In this document: positions 1-9,846 of the stretch, in pieces
Position numbering within the stretch: position 1 is the first letter of the stretch
How the letters are laid out: each line of letters begins with the position of its first letter
From: Thermoplasmatota archaeon
GTDB taxonomy: Archaea; Thermoplasmatota; Thermoplasmata; Lutacidiplasmatales; JAMCUS01
Reading direction: 5' to 3'
Length of the DNA stretch: 64,000 bases
Assembly (NCBI GenBank): GCA_023379385.1
Contig: JAMCUS010000024.1
Span: 30,776-94,775, forward strand
Position numbers and translations under genes: made by a program
Notes under the pieces: generated by a model
The model's database searches: none
The model's input: the letters and a program-made list of their open reading frames with translations, nothing else
Told to the model about the DNA's origin: nothing

Positions 1-900
1 AGCTATATGGTTGATAAATTGATAGATAAACATGAGGTATCTGTTTTTGATAATCTGTCTACAGGAAGTTTATCATTCATAAAAAAACATATGGATACCA
101 AGAATTTTCACTTTATAAAAGGGGATATAAAAGATCTGAATACACTAAAAAGATCAATGAGCAATATGGATCTTGTTATTCATTTAGCCGCAAATCCAGA
201 TGTAAGGCTGGGTGTTAAAGATAGCTCTATAGATCTGAAGGAAGGAATAATCGGAACATACAATGTTGTTGAAGCCATGCGATTAAATAGCATAAATAAC
301 ATAATATTCTCCTCAAGCTCGGTGGTGTATGGTGATGCAAAAATACTTCCAACGCCTGAGAATTACGGACCTTTGATGCCAATTTCTATTTATGGTGCAT
401 CCAAGCTATCCGCGGAATCACTTATTTCAGCTTTCGTGGGATCCTTTGGAATGAAAGCATGGATATATAGATTTGCTAATGTTATAGGGGAGAGATCCAC
501 CCATGGTGTAATATTTGACTTCATAAAAAAGTTGCATAGAGATAATAAAGAGTTGGAGGTTCTGGGAAATGGAAAGCAGAGGAAATCCTATATTTTGGCA
601 GAGGATTGTGTTGATGCAATGCTATTCGGGTATGAACATAGGAGCAACAGTATCAATCTTTTTAATATAGGTGCTGAGGATCAGATATCTGTATCAAAAA
701 TATCAGAGATCGTTATCGAGGCTGTGAAATGCAATGCTGGGATCAGATACACAGGAACTGAAAGAGGATGGCCTGGTGATGTAATAAATCAGCATCTGGA
801 CATCAAGAAATTAAAGGAGCTTGGGTGGAGGCCAAGATACAGCTCTGAAGAAGCGGTAAGGATAACTGCCAAAAAAATTGCTGAATTATACAATGAATAA
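1..900 (+). CDS. NAD-dependent epimerase/dehydratase (SDR family, UDP-sugar 4-epimerase-like); 5' end runs off the window and the N-terminal Rossmann GxxGxxG is missing
   Basis: The ORF is open to base 1. YGASK (YxxxK) catalytic motif and typical extended-SDR C-terminal region. Confidence 0.7.
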   Translation, partial: SYMVDKLIDKHEVSVFDNLSTGSLSFIKKHMDTKNFHFIKGDIKDLNTLKRSMSNMDLVIHLAANPDVRLGVKDSSIDLKEGIIGTYNVVEAMRLNSINNIIFSSSSVVYGDAKILPTPENYGPLMPISIYGASKLSAESLISAFVGSFGMKAWIYRFANVIGERSTHGVIFDFIKKLHRDNKELEVLGNGKQRKSYILAEDCVDAMLFGYEHRSNSINLFNIGAEDQISVSKISEIVIEAVKCNAGIRYTGTERGWPGDVINQHLDIKKLKELGWRPRYSSEEAVRITAKKIAELYNE

Positions 901-964
901 AAAATCAATATCAGCTATATAACTTAATAGCTATATATCCTTGAGAATCTGTGGTGAAATACTT

Positions 965-1447
965 ATGTATATAGAGATGGATGGGTGGCGATTGGGAATA
1001 CACTTCTCTTCCTGCCATATGGTGCCAGGGCATACTAAATGTGGTAGGTTCCACGGCCACGTATATTCGGTGAGAATTCGGATACATGGAGATACCCAGG
1101 ATAACGGTATGATCGTGGATTTTCATTATGTAAAAGATTCTATTAAGAAGGCTGTCAATAAACTGGATCACAGAGTTATATTGCCACTTCCAGAAACAAC
1201 AAATAGAATGGTTGTTGAAGACGATGGAAAATCTGTCTATGTAAAATTTGATGAAAAAAAATACATGTTTCCAAAAGAGGATTGTGTAATGATTCCTGTT
1301 AATGTCCCTACGGCTGAAGAGATATGTAAAGTATTTATAAAGTGGATTGCAGATGACTTGAGGCAGTTCTCCAATATAGAAATAATTGAGCTTAGCATAG
1401 ACGAAGGAAGGGGACAGGGTGTATGGAGCTCACTTAAACTCAAGTAA
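965..1447 (+). CDS. 6-pyruvoyl-tetrahydropterin synthase / QueD-family protein
   Basis: 'HFSSCH...GHTKCGRFHGHVY' resembles the PTPS/QueD Zn-binding CxxxHGH motif. Size about 160 aa. The start was chosen at an internal Met of the 941..1447 ORF. Confidence 0.5.
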   Translation: MYIEMDGWRLGIHFSSCHMVPGHTKCGRFHGHVYSVRIRIHGDTQDNGMIVDFHYVKDSIKKAVNKLDHRVILPLPETTNRMVVEDDGKSVYVKFDEKKYMFPKEDCVMIPVNVPTAEEICKVFIKWIADDLRQFSNIEIIELSIDEGRGQGVWSSLKLK

Positions 1448-3367
1448 ATTTAGATCTTTGTTAGTACCTATATCGCCTGAAGGAAGAATGCTCATAATAT
1501 AGTCCATACCAACGCCTGTTTTTTTAGATAAAACTCTTGCAAAATCCTCCTTTTTTATATCTCCTGGATATATCCTTATGTGATGCTCATTTTCATTTTT
1601 ATTTTTTATGTATGAGTAAGGGACGATTTTCAATTTTCTGGAGTTATCAAAATCATCTATAAAAATGGCCATCTCAAGTGGTATTTTGTAAATATAGTTT
1701 TTGTTACCATAGATTATCCAGCTACCTTTAGCTATATATTCTCCTGTTGGTGCTGATTTACTTACCTGTTCTGGTGTTACCCAGAAAGCATCCGCCGATA
1801 CATGTTTCACGGCCCAGGCACGAGAATAGCATATTGAAAACTGGCATGCTTCATAAATGGATTTTTCTGAAATAATTGTGTTATTGCTTTTTACTATAGT
1901 AACCGCAGCACCGTGGATATCTGCATGAATGAATAGATCACGTTCCTTCAGGTAGTGTTTCACAACATAATCATTATCCTTTGCATTTTTACCGGATATA
2001 ACGATATTGCCATCTGAGGTTACGAACCAATGGTACCTTTCATACCATTTTCTTTTTGCATTATCAACATGATCCGTGCTATTGTTGTGAACAATAACCT
2101 TCTTATGTTCCAGTCCAGATAAGTCCTGCTCTATCTTTTTTAACTGTATATTGTATCCCTTTATCATTTCGTATAATCTGTTAACAGACAGTTCAATTTT
2201 TTTGTTCAAATAAAATGGTATTTCATATTCATTAAATTTGAAAATAGCTACATGTTCCTTGGGGATATATTTTATAATCATACCTTTTTCCATTAGTTTA
2301 TTAATTACAGATTGTTCCACCTCTGCAGTGCCAAATTGTTTTAGTACATCCAAGAAAATGTTATAATTATTGTATATCTCTGCTATCCATTTTTTGTGAA
2401 GATCCATTTCATTCCTAACTCTGTTAATTTCGGCATAAAGGTGATCTTTTTGTTTTCTTAGGTTCTCCTCCTCCTCTTTTATTATATTATCATTTTCCCT
2501 ATTTTTTATTAACTTATATCTTTCTATCAAAACATCTGATATTGTGGTATATATTTGCCAGTTATCTGCATTGCTATTATCATTTATTATATCAATCTCT
2601 CCTGTAACTTTATTAAACCATAAGCAATGCAGATCATCAGCAGTTTTTAGTAATGATATCCATAAACGATATATTTCACTATATACAGAAACATCAACCT
2701 CTTTTGCAGGGAAATGGATATCCATAGCTAATTTTTTTAATATATAATTTGCAACCTCCTTTCCCATAGCAACATCTGATGATAAAAATTGAATGATGGT
2801 TCTATCACTCGCCATTCCGGTTTGAAGCATAACTGTTTCATCCATTGATAGAGGATCTGCTCTGACTGGAGGAAATACATATTTTTCGTTGGGAAGAAGT
2901 GTCCTGCTCTTCCAAATCTTTTTTTCAGAACACCACTTTATTATCCAGTTCTGCAGAAGTGATACAGCCCCTGTACGAAAATTTTCTATAACTATTTGGA
3001 ATAACCCCAATTCTGATTCAAATTCAATGATTATTGTTCTATCAAATTTATACTGCCATACATCCTTTATTATGGATCCTGTTAAATATTTTCTAAACAG
3101 ATTGGCCACAGAATCTGGTTCGTTTTTATGAATCCATCTATCTGTTATAAATATAGCGTATTGTTCAATTATGACAAGTTCAAACTCATTAACTCCTTTT
3201 ATACGAATTGTTATGCCACCGGTGTCATGAAATATTTTTAATACCCTTCCGTTAACAGTTTTTTTTTTCAGTTCCATTACAAGAGCATGAATTGTTAGAC
3301 TGCCTATTTCGTTGTAAATTTTATGGTGATTCATTGCTAAATAGTTGCAAATTTTATGGGCATTCAT
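1430..3367 (-). CDS. NFACT-family protein (archaeal Rqc2/NEMF/FbpA homolog, DUF814)
   Basis: N-terminal 'SLTIHALVMELKKKTVNGRVLKIFH' NFACT-N signature, central coiled coil, 'LFIHADIHGAAVTIV' NFACT-R/DUF814 motif. The true start may be the Met at about 3334 (MNHHKIY...). Confidence 0.65.
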   Translation of the reverse strand: MNAHKICNYLAMNHHKIYNEIGSLTIHALVMELKKKTVNGRVLKIFHDTGGITIRIKGVNEFELVIIEQYAIFITDRWIHKNEPDSVANLFRKYLTGSIIKDVWQYKFDRTIIIEFESELGLFQIVIENFRTGAVSLLQNWIIKWCSEKKIWKSRTLLPNEKYVFPPVRADPLSMDETVMLQTGMASDRTIIQFLSSDVAMGKEVANYILKKLAMDIHFPAKEVDVSVYSEIYRLWISLLKTADDLHCLWFNKVTGEIDIINDNSNADNWQIYTTISDVLIERYKLIKNRENDNIIKEEEENLRKQKDHLYAEINRVRNEMDLHKKWIAEIYNNYNIFLDVLKQFGTAEVEQSVINKLMEKGMIIKYIPKEHVAIFKFNEYEIPFYLNKKIELSVNRLYEMIKGYNIQLKKIEQDLSGLEHKKVIVHNNSTDHVDNAKRKWYERYHWFVTSDGNIVISGKNAKDNDYVVKHYLKERDLFIHADIHGAAVTIVKSNNTIISEKSIYEACQFSICYSRAWAVKHVSADAFWVTPEQVSKSAPTGEYIAKGSWIIYGNKNYIYKIPLEMAIFIDDFDNSRKLKIVPYSYIKNKNENEHHIRIYPGDIKKEDFARVLSKKTGVGMDYIMSILPSGDIGTNKDLNLLEFK

Positions 3368-4463
3368 TTACTGAACCTCCATTTAACTTGCTTGATAGCG
3401 AACGGAGACTGTATCCTCCCGCCAATCCTAAGAATTCTAAATTCTTTGCACCTGCATGGTCTGCATTATCTACATGGCCACATCGCAAACATAAAAATTT
3501 AATCCCCTTACGATTTCTCCTGTCTATGTTGCCACATTCAGGGCATCTCTGCGAAGTCTTCCAGGGATCTTTGCGATATACGGATATCCCAAGCTCTTCA
3601 CACATCTGCTCTAACCGAATGCCAACCCTGGCATAATGCCAGAAAGACAGAAGTCTATTTACCCCACGTGAAAACCTTCCACGTTTATTCATCGTGACAT
3701 TTTTTAAATCTTCTATTACTATTGCCTTTACTCCCTCTAAATTCAGCTTTTTTATGTACCTGTTCTCCTCTGTTGTTATATACTGGTGATATGATTTCCT
3801 GTGCTTATCTACCGATAACATTTCTGCTTTCATTTCGCTTCCTAGGTCCTGTCCATCTGATGTAAACAGCATTGAATTTACTCCTCTATCTATTCCTATT
3901 ATTTTCCCTTTTGCACGTTTTTCATGTCTTTCTTTTTCTAATATTAAATCAATAAATAAGCCATTTTCTTTATTCCATCCTAATCTTATTGACTTCCCTA
4001 TCTGCCAACCGTCGTTAAGTAATGCATTTATTTGCTTATTCAGATTGAATAATATTACCACACCGGGAACGCCTGAACCGAATTTCACACACTTATCAAA
4101 AGAACCATCAAAACCATCTATTCTTGTGAATCTGCCATCTAAATTGGCTATTGTTTTATGGAACCTGGGCATTCTTTTATCTTTTTTTTCTAACTGTGAT
4201 GATATGATTTCTTTAGACTGCTTTCCTATGCATTGTGATAACCTGGCTGTAATATTAAATTTAAGGGATGTCCCATCTGTTACCTCCTTAGATAAAAATC
4301 CACTGGAGAAATCCTGTGCAGACCATAGCCTCTCTATTGTATAATTCACTGCCCTGTTATAAGTAACTAAAAACTCCTCAAGCTTATTGACCTTGTTTAT
4401 ATTTACCTCTTTCAGATATATACGGGATGTCCTCTTCATTTTATTATTATTGGTTAGATTCAT
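3354..4463 (-). CDS. tnpB: TnpB (RNA-guided RuvC-like nuclease, IS607/IS605 OrfB family)
   Basis: RuvC-I 'IGIDRGVNSM', RuvC-II 'IVIEDLKNV', C-terminal zinc finger 'CPECG...CLRCGHVDNADHAGAKNL' (RuvC-III). Overlaps the upstream tnpA by 17 nt. Confidence 0.75.
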   Translation of the reverse strand: MNLTNNNKMKRTSRIYLKEVNINKVNKLEEFLVTYNRAVNYTIERLWSAQDFSSGFLSKEVTDGTSLKFNITARLSQCIGKQSKEIISSQLEKKDKRMPRFHKTIANLDGRFTRIDGFDGSFDKCVKFGSGVPGVVILFNLNKQINALLNDGWQIGKSIRLGWNKENGLFIDLILEKERHEKRAKGKIIGIDRGVNSMLFTSDGQDLGSEMKAEMLSVDKHRKSYHQYITTEENRYIKKLNLEGVKAIVIEDLKNVTMNKRGRFSRGVNRLLSFWHYARVGIRLEQMCEELGISVYRKDPWKTSQRCPECGNIDRRNRKGIKFLCLRCGHVDNADHAGAKNLEFLGLAGGYSLRSLSSKLNGGSVNECP

Positions 4464-4994
4464 TCTTTATTACCTCTACTATCTTATCTTTCTTCCTCTT
4501 GCCCTTCCTCAGCCCGTAATATCTAGCGCACATTGATGTTACCATTGATATCATATCCTGCATCAGGTCGTTCCTATCATTATCCGTTTCATTCACTACC
4601 TCTATATGCTTCCCCAGCTCATTGAATAATATGTTTATGTAGTTGAATCCAAATCTGGTAAGCCTATCTTTATGCTCAACTATAAGTGTATTATAATTCT
4701 TATCTATAAATAATTTATTCAATTGCTTACGATTATCATCAACTCCACTGCCTGTTTCTTTGACTATCTTGTATATGGAATAACCTTTAGCTATTGCATA
4801 ATTTTCTAAACGTTGAGCCTGTGCATCCAGATTATTTTTATTTTCCGAACTGGAAACACTTGCATAAATGCATACCTTATGTGGGAATTTATTTCAATCA
4901 GATCATTTACAATAATTGTACCGGTTGGTAATGTGAAAGCATTTAATTTACCATCCTTCCATAATCTCCAAGCTGTTTTATAAGAAATACCCAA
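4447..4994 (-). pseudogene. tnpA: IS607-family TnpA serine recombinase, disrupted by a 1-nt frameshift between the MerR-like HTH and the catalytic domain
   Basis: N-terminal HTH 'MGISYKTAWRLWKDGKLNAFTLPTGTIIVN' (ORF 4806..4994). In another frame, 'KVCIYASVSSSENKNNLDAQAQRLENYAIAKGYSIYKIVKETGSGVDDNRKQLNKLFIDK...' carries the resolvase YA[SR]VSS active-site motif and continues into ORF 4447..4722. The frame change lies near 4885-4900 (ccc run). Confidence 0.6.
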
Positions 4995-5151
4995 TTTTTA
5001 GCCTATGTTGATAATTTCATATGTCACTATCTGTCCATATGTGTCTATTAAATATTTAAAGTTTTTTAATACCTTCAATTCACTTTCAATAAAAGAACAT
5101 TATTGGTTTCAGTCAACTCCGGTTGCATCAGGCTATTAATTATGCTGATTA

Positions 5152-6069
5152 TCAATCGATTTGCTCCATCCATTCATAATGGTTTATCTCTTTCATGTGA
5201 ATGATATTCTCAAATTTATTCATGATTTTTTTTGTGATACTGCCAATTTTTCCGTTGCCCACTATTCTTCTGTCAACCTCTACTATGGGGGTTATTTCTG
5301 CAGCGGTACCTGTTAAAAATAGTTCATCTGCAATATACAGTTCTTCTCTAGCAATATTATTCTTTCTAAATGGGATGTTCAGATCATTAGCAATTCTTAT
5401 AACAGAATCTCTGGTGATTCCTCTGAGAATGCCTGCTGTAGTAGGAGGCGTCATCAGCTCTCCGTCCTTAACATAGAACAGATTTTCACCTGTTCCTTCG
5501 GTTACGAGACCATACATGTTCAACATAATAGCTTCATCAAAACCTGTCTTCTGTGCCTCAACCTTTGCCAAAACGGAATTAGCATAATTTCCAACCGCCT
5601 TTGCCATTGGTGGTATACTCAATGGATTAACTCTCTGCCAGGAGGATACCATGCATCGTATGCCATTACTCTTTGCAGATTCTCCCAAATAAGCACCCCA
5701 CTTCCATGCAGCAATAGATAGATCAACTCTGTTTTTCAATGGGCTTATACCCATCTCACCATATCCATAGTATGCCAAAGGCCTTATATAACAATCTGTA
5801 AGCTCATTAATCTTAACTGTATCCTTAATAGCCTTTTTTATTTCACTGAATGTATATGGAATAGCCATTTCATAAATTTTAGCACTTTCCAGTAACCTTT
5901 TAATATGATCGTCTAATCTGAATATGGCAGCCTTACCATCTATGCCATATGATCGAATTCCTTCAAACACTGCTGTCGCGTAGTGCATGGCATGTGTAAG
6001 AACATGAACTTTAGCATCTTTCCATGGAACCATTTCACCATTCATCCAAATAAACTGTGATTCCTGCAT
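5152..6069 (-). CDS. ilvE: branched-chain amino acid aminotransferase (class IV PLP enzyme)
   Basis: 'MHYATAVFEGIRSY', 'TGTAAEITPI' and other BCAT signature regions. Length 305 aa. Confidence 0.85.
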   Translation of the reverse strand: MQESQFIWMNGEMVPWKDAKVHVLTHAMHYATAVFEGIRSYGIDGKAAIFRLDDHIKRLLESAKIYEMAIPYTFSEIKKAIKDTVKINELTDCYIRPLAYYGYGEMGISPLKNRVDLSIAAWKWGAYLGESAKSNGIRCMVSSWQRVNPLSIPPMAKAVGNYANSVLAKVEAQKTGFDEAIMLNMYGLVTEGTGENLFYVKDGELMTPPTTAGILRGITRDSVIRIANDLNIPFRKNNIAREELYIADELFLTGTAAEITPIVEVDRRIVGNGKIGSITKKIMNKFENIIHMKEINHYEWMEQID

Positions 6070-6295
6070 GTTGCAGTGTATATTGTAACCGCATTTAAAA
6101 TTATCCTATTAATTTCTTAAATTTCTTAGCATAAAGGATAATAACCCTTTACATATTATGGAAAATATTGGATAGGATCAAGCAATATTAATTTATAGTG
6201 TTTGACATAATACTGTATACCTATGAATAATCAAATATAAGGATAAATAGTGATGTCATGGACTATAATATGTTTTTAAATGAGAGGTGGTCACA

Positions 6296-8317
6296 ATGTC
6301 CGATAGTAATGATAACAGTTACAACGAAAGAAAGAGACTTTTAGAAGCAATGGATGAAACCAAACTATCAAAGTTTCATTTAAAAACATGGTTGGTATCT
6401 GGAATGGGTTTTTTTACAGATGCCTATGATCTATTCATTATAGGAATGGTTATTGCAATACTTGCAACTCCGTGGCATTTAACAAAATTTCAGGAAGGAT
6501 TGCTGGGGAGCACCTCGCTTATTGCTGCTGTTTTCGGTGCATTGATATTTGGAAAGTTGCTGGATGTATATGGCAGAAAGGCAATCTATGGCATTGAATT
6601 AATAATTCTTATAGCAGGTGCACTTTTGTCTGCATTATCTACCAATATAGATCAGCTAATTTTATGGCGGTTTGTACTTGGTATAGGTATAGGTGGTGAT
6701 TATGCAGCCAGTGCAATAATCATGAGTGAATATGCCAACAGAAAGGATAGAGGCAAACTTGTAGGTATGGTCTTTTCAATGCAAAGTTTAGGTCTTTTAG
6801 TAGGTCCTCTCATAACAATGATCCTATTACAGCTACCTATACCTGTTATGCTGGATTGGAGAATACTGTTGGCTATAGGAACCATACCACCATTACTTGT
6901 TGTTTATTACAGGCGACAGATATCTGAATCTCCCAGATTTTTACTTGCAGTTAAAGGTGATGTTAGCAGTGCAAAAAAAAGCATAAATCAGGTAGTTACA
7001 GTAGAAAATGAACAGAATATCAAAAACAATAATGTAAAAATAAATTCAAGTGGATGGATATTGTTTACCAACAAAAAGCTTCTCTTACTAACGATTGGTG
7101 TATCTTTGAGCTGGTTCCTCATGGACTGGGCATTTTACGGCAATACCATATCTACCTCTTTTATAATGGGCAGTATAGCAAGTAAAGCCTCTCTTTACAC
7201 AATAGCTCTGTATACCTTCGTAATATTTGCTGTTTTTGCTTTTCCAGGTTACTGGTTAGCTACCTCTCTTCTTGATACATTGGGAAGAAAGAGTATACAG
7301 GCAATGGGATTTGCTGTTATGTCTGTATGTTATATAACGATCAGTATTGTTCCTGCTATAATGCATAACATAACCTATTTTATAGGTATATATGGAATAA
7401 GCTATTTTTTTATAGAGTTTGGACCTAACGTTACAACTTTTGTGTATCCTTCAGAGATCTTTCCTTCGCATGTCAGAGGAACAGGTGATGGTATTGCAGC
7501 GTCAAGTGGCAAAATAGGGGCATTTATCGGTACATTACTGTTTCCGATACTCAATATTTTTGTACATATAACAGGGGTATTTGCAATACTTGCATTTTTA
7601 TCTTTAATCGGTGTAGTGGTAACAATTTTAATTCTTCCTGAAACCAAACAAAAATCACTGGAAGAGGCTTCGGGAGAGGATGAACTGACTGTTGTACTAA
7701 CACAATTTTCATCACAGTTATTATCTCTTATAACAAATGCTGAAGATGCTTCAGAAAAATTTGTTAAGCTGTGTAAGGAACCGGACCAGAATACGAAGGC
7801 AAAGTACGTAAAACAGATAAAGGTTATAGAGCATAACTCAGATACAATTGTTCATCAAATACATGTGAATATAAACAGAGGGAAAGTATCTCAATTAACC
7901 AGAATGGATGTTATAGCTATAGCATCCAGTGTTGACGATATAATTGATGAAGTAGAGGCTGTTTCTGCACGATTTGATATTTTTAACTACCCCGTACCTG
8001 ATAAAAGGATAATTGAGTTATCTAACATCATAAAAGAATCTATTAAAGAGATACATTATGGTATTACTGTACTTGATAGACTATTAAAAAAAGATTATAA
8101 GGATCTGGAAAAGGTGTGTATTAGTGTTAATACGCTTGAAAACAGAGCTGATGATATTCTCAGAGAAGGTATTAAAGAATTATTTAATAATGAGAAAAAT
8201 GTATACAGGTTATTGGTCTACAAAGAGATATACGAAAAACTAGAAGAGGTAACCGATAGATGTGAAGACGTAACTGATGTCTTTAAAGATCTGATAGTAA
8301 AATACATTCAGGAGTGA
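6296..8317 (+). CDS. MFS phosphate:H+ symporter (PHS-like) fused to a C-terminal PhoU-like DUF47 domain
   Basis: N-terminal about 470 aa with 12 TM helices and 'GFFTDAYDLFIIGMV', typical of the Pi-transporter MFS family. C-terminal about 200 aa is a helical PhoU/DUF47-like domain. RBS-like GAGAGGTGG lies upstream of the ATG at 6296. Confidence 0.6.
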   Translation: MSDSNDNSYNERKRLLEAMDETKLSKFHLKTWLVSGMGFFTDAYDLFIIGMVIAILATPWHLTKFQEGLLGSTSLIAAVFGALIFGKLLDVYGRKAIYGIELIILIAGALLSALSTNIDQLILWRFVLGIGIGGDYAASAIIMSEYANRKDRGKLVGMVFSMQSLGLLVGPLITMILLQLPIPVMLDWRILLAIGTIPPLLVVYYRRQISESPRFLLAVKGDVSSAKKSINQVVTVENEQNIKNNNVKINSSGWILFTNKKLLLLTIGVSLSWFLMDWAFYGNTISTSFIMGSIASKASLYTIALYTFVIFAVFAFPGYWLATSLLDTLGRKSIQAMGFAVMSVCYITISIVPAIMHNITYFIGIYGISYFFIEFGPNVTTFVYPSEIFPSHVRGTGDGIAASSGKIGAFIGTLLFPILNIFVHITGVFAILAFLSLIGVVVTILILPETKQKSLEEASGEDELTVVLTQFSSQLLSLITNAEDASEKFVKLCKEPDQNTKAKYVKQIKVIEHNSDTIVHQIHVNINRGKVSQLTRMDVIAIASSVDDIIDEVEAVSARFDIFNYPVPDKRIIELSNIIKESIKEIHYGITVLDRLLKKDYKDLEKVCISVNTLENRADDILREGIKELFNNEKNVYRLLVYKEIYEKLEEVTDRCEDVTDVFKDLIVKYIQE

Positions 8318-8469
8318 AGTTAGAATGTAAAAGAATGCCAGAAACAACCATTTTAAATTAAAAAATTAGTTTTTGAGTGTCTGTTTTTGGCGATTTTAGT
8401 GATTTCTATGTCGTATTAACATAATGTTAAATACTCCCACCATGATGCAAGATGACATCCAGATCCACT

Positions 8470-9846
8470 ATTTAAAGATTGATAGGGGTGTGGGGGAAGC
8501 TATAAATCTCCTCCCTTCAGGATGGAGATACATGGACTTCCCCCATCTTCCTTATCAACATCTTTATATATATATGTGCATATAAATGCCCTGTTATGAT
8601 TATATCAATACAGATTATATCCCAATAAAAAACTTACTAAAATTTTGAATGACCAAATAGAACTATGCAGGCGATTATATAACGCTGGTCTAACAGAACG
8701 TAAAGAAGCTTATAGATTATCCCAGACTTCTCTTACCTATAATTTACAACAAAATGAATTGCCTGCTGTTAAATCAGACAATCCTGAATATAACGATATT
8801 CATTCACAGGTTTTATGCGATGTTCTTAACCGATTAGATAAGGCTTATAAAGGATTCTTTGAACGAATTAAAAATAAAGGTAAAAAAGGTAAGAAAGCGG
8901 GTTTCCCACGTTATAAATCCAGAGGCAAATATAACTCCATTACCTATCCTCAACTCGGTTTTAAATTAATTCATAAAAACAACGGTTCTAAAAAAGGTAT
9001 ATTACAGTTAAGCAAGATAGGATATATTAAAATCATTGTAAGCAGAGATATAACATACGGTAAAATCAAGACGTGTACTGTTAAAAGAGATAAAGCAGGC
9101 GATTGGCTCGCTACCTTTACTGTGGAATTACCCGATACAGTTAAGAAGCCATTAGAACAGATTAAAGAACAGGATATTATTGGTGTTGATGTCGGCATAA
9201 ACAAATTAGCCGTGTTAACTGATGGTATAGAAGTTAAAGAGATAGATAATCCAAAGTTAATAGCGAAGTATGAAAAAGGTATTAAAACACTACAGAAACA
9301 ACTATCCAGAACAAAGAAACGCTCTTATAACAGAGCCAAGATAAGAAAGAAAGTCGCTAAAAAACAGCGTAAGTTAGCGAATGCACGAAAAGATAATCTG
9401 CATAAAGCATCTAATCAAATAGTGGAGAGTGAAAATATAATAGTCTTTGAGGATTTAAATGTTCAGGGAATGGTTCAGAATCACAATCTAGCAAAGAGTA
9501 TATCAGACGGTTCCTGGGGCAAACTGATAGACATGTGTGTTTACAAAGCCGAAAATGCTGGTAAATACATAGAGTTTGTAAATCCAAGAAACACAAGTCA
9601 GTTATGCTCACGTTGCGGAGCAGTTGTAAAGAAGGACTTATCCGTGAGAATCCATAGTTGTAATAACTGTGGATTAGTAATGGATCGGGATCTTAACGCT
9701 GCTCTGAACATAAGAGAGAAATACATACGGAACGTGTGGAACTCTGTAAAAATGCCTGCTGATGCTCTGACCTCTACTCATCTAAATGAGCAAGCTGGAG
9801 CGATGAAGCAGGAATTTCCGATGCTTTAGCTGAGGGGTAGTTCACA
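8470..9846 (+). mobile_element. IS200/IS605-family tnpB-only element (no tnpA), with a palindromic left end. The right end lies 97 nt upstream of tRNA-Ala.
   Basis: Ends were defined by comparison with the deleted copies at 50441..51000 and 45737..45945. The shared LE begins at ATTTAAAGATTG and the RE ends at ...GGGTAGTTCACA (9846). Confidence 0.6.
8600..9829 (+). CDS. tnpB: TnpB (IS605 OrfB family). There is no in-frame ATG and a 5-nt deletion just after the ancestral start is likely, so the gene may be a pseudogene or use a non-AUG start.
   Basis: 'YQYRLYPNKKLTKILNDQIELCRRLYNAGL' canonical TnpB N-terminus, RuvC-I 'IGVDVGINKLAV', RuvC-II 'IVFEDLNVQGM', Zn finger 'CSRCG...CNNCGLVMDRDLNAALNI'. 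The remnant copy at about 45.93 kb preserves ATGATAAGAACATATCAATACAGG in frame. Confidence 0.7.
   Translation, partial: LYQYRLYPNKKLTKILNDQIELCRRLYNAGLTERKEAYRLSQTSLTYNLQQNELPAVKSDNPEYNDIHSQVLCDVLNRLDKAYKGFFERIKNKGKKGKKAGFPRYKSRGKYNSITYPQLGFKLIHKNNGSKKGILQLSKIGYIKIIVSRDITYGKIKTCTVKRDKAGDWLATFTVELPDTVKKPLEQIKEQDIIGVDVGINKLAVLTDGIEVKEIDNPKLIAKYEKGIKTLQKQLSRTKKRSYNRAKIRKKVAKKQRKLANARKDNLHKASNQIVESENIIVFEDLNVQGMVQNHNLAKSISDGSWGKLIDMCVYKAENAGKYIEFVNPRNTSQLCSRCGAVVKKDLSVRIHSCNNCGLVMDRDLNAALNIREKYIRNVWNSVKMPADALTSTHLNEQAGAMKQEFPML

Larger units (their letters stand above)
3340..5000 (-). mobile_element. IS607-family insertion sequence (tnpA-tnpB); ends approximate
   Basis: Serine recombinase TnpA plus TnpB arranged as in IS607. 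Ends were not defined by repeats. Confidence 0.5.

Noticed and set aside
911-1443. Minus-strand ORFs 911..1171 and 1237..1443
   Set aside because: Overlap and are antisense to the better-supported QueD-like gene.
3292-3636. 114-aa + strand ORF
   Set aside because: Antisense to the tnpB 3' end and NFACT start; no motif.
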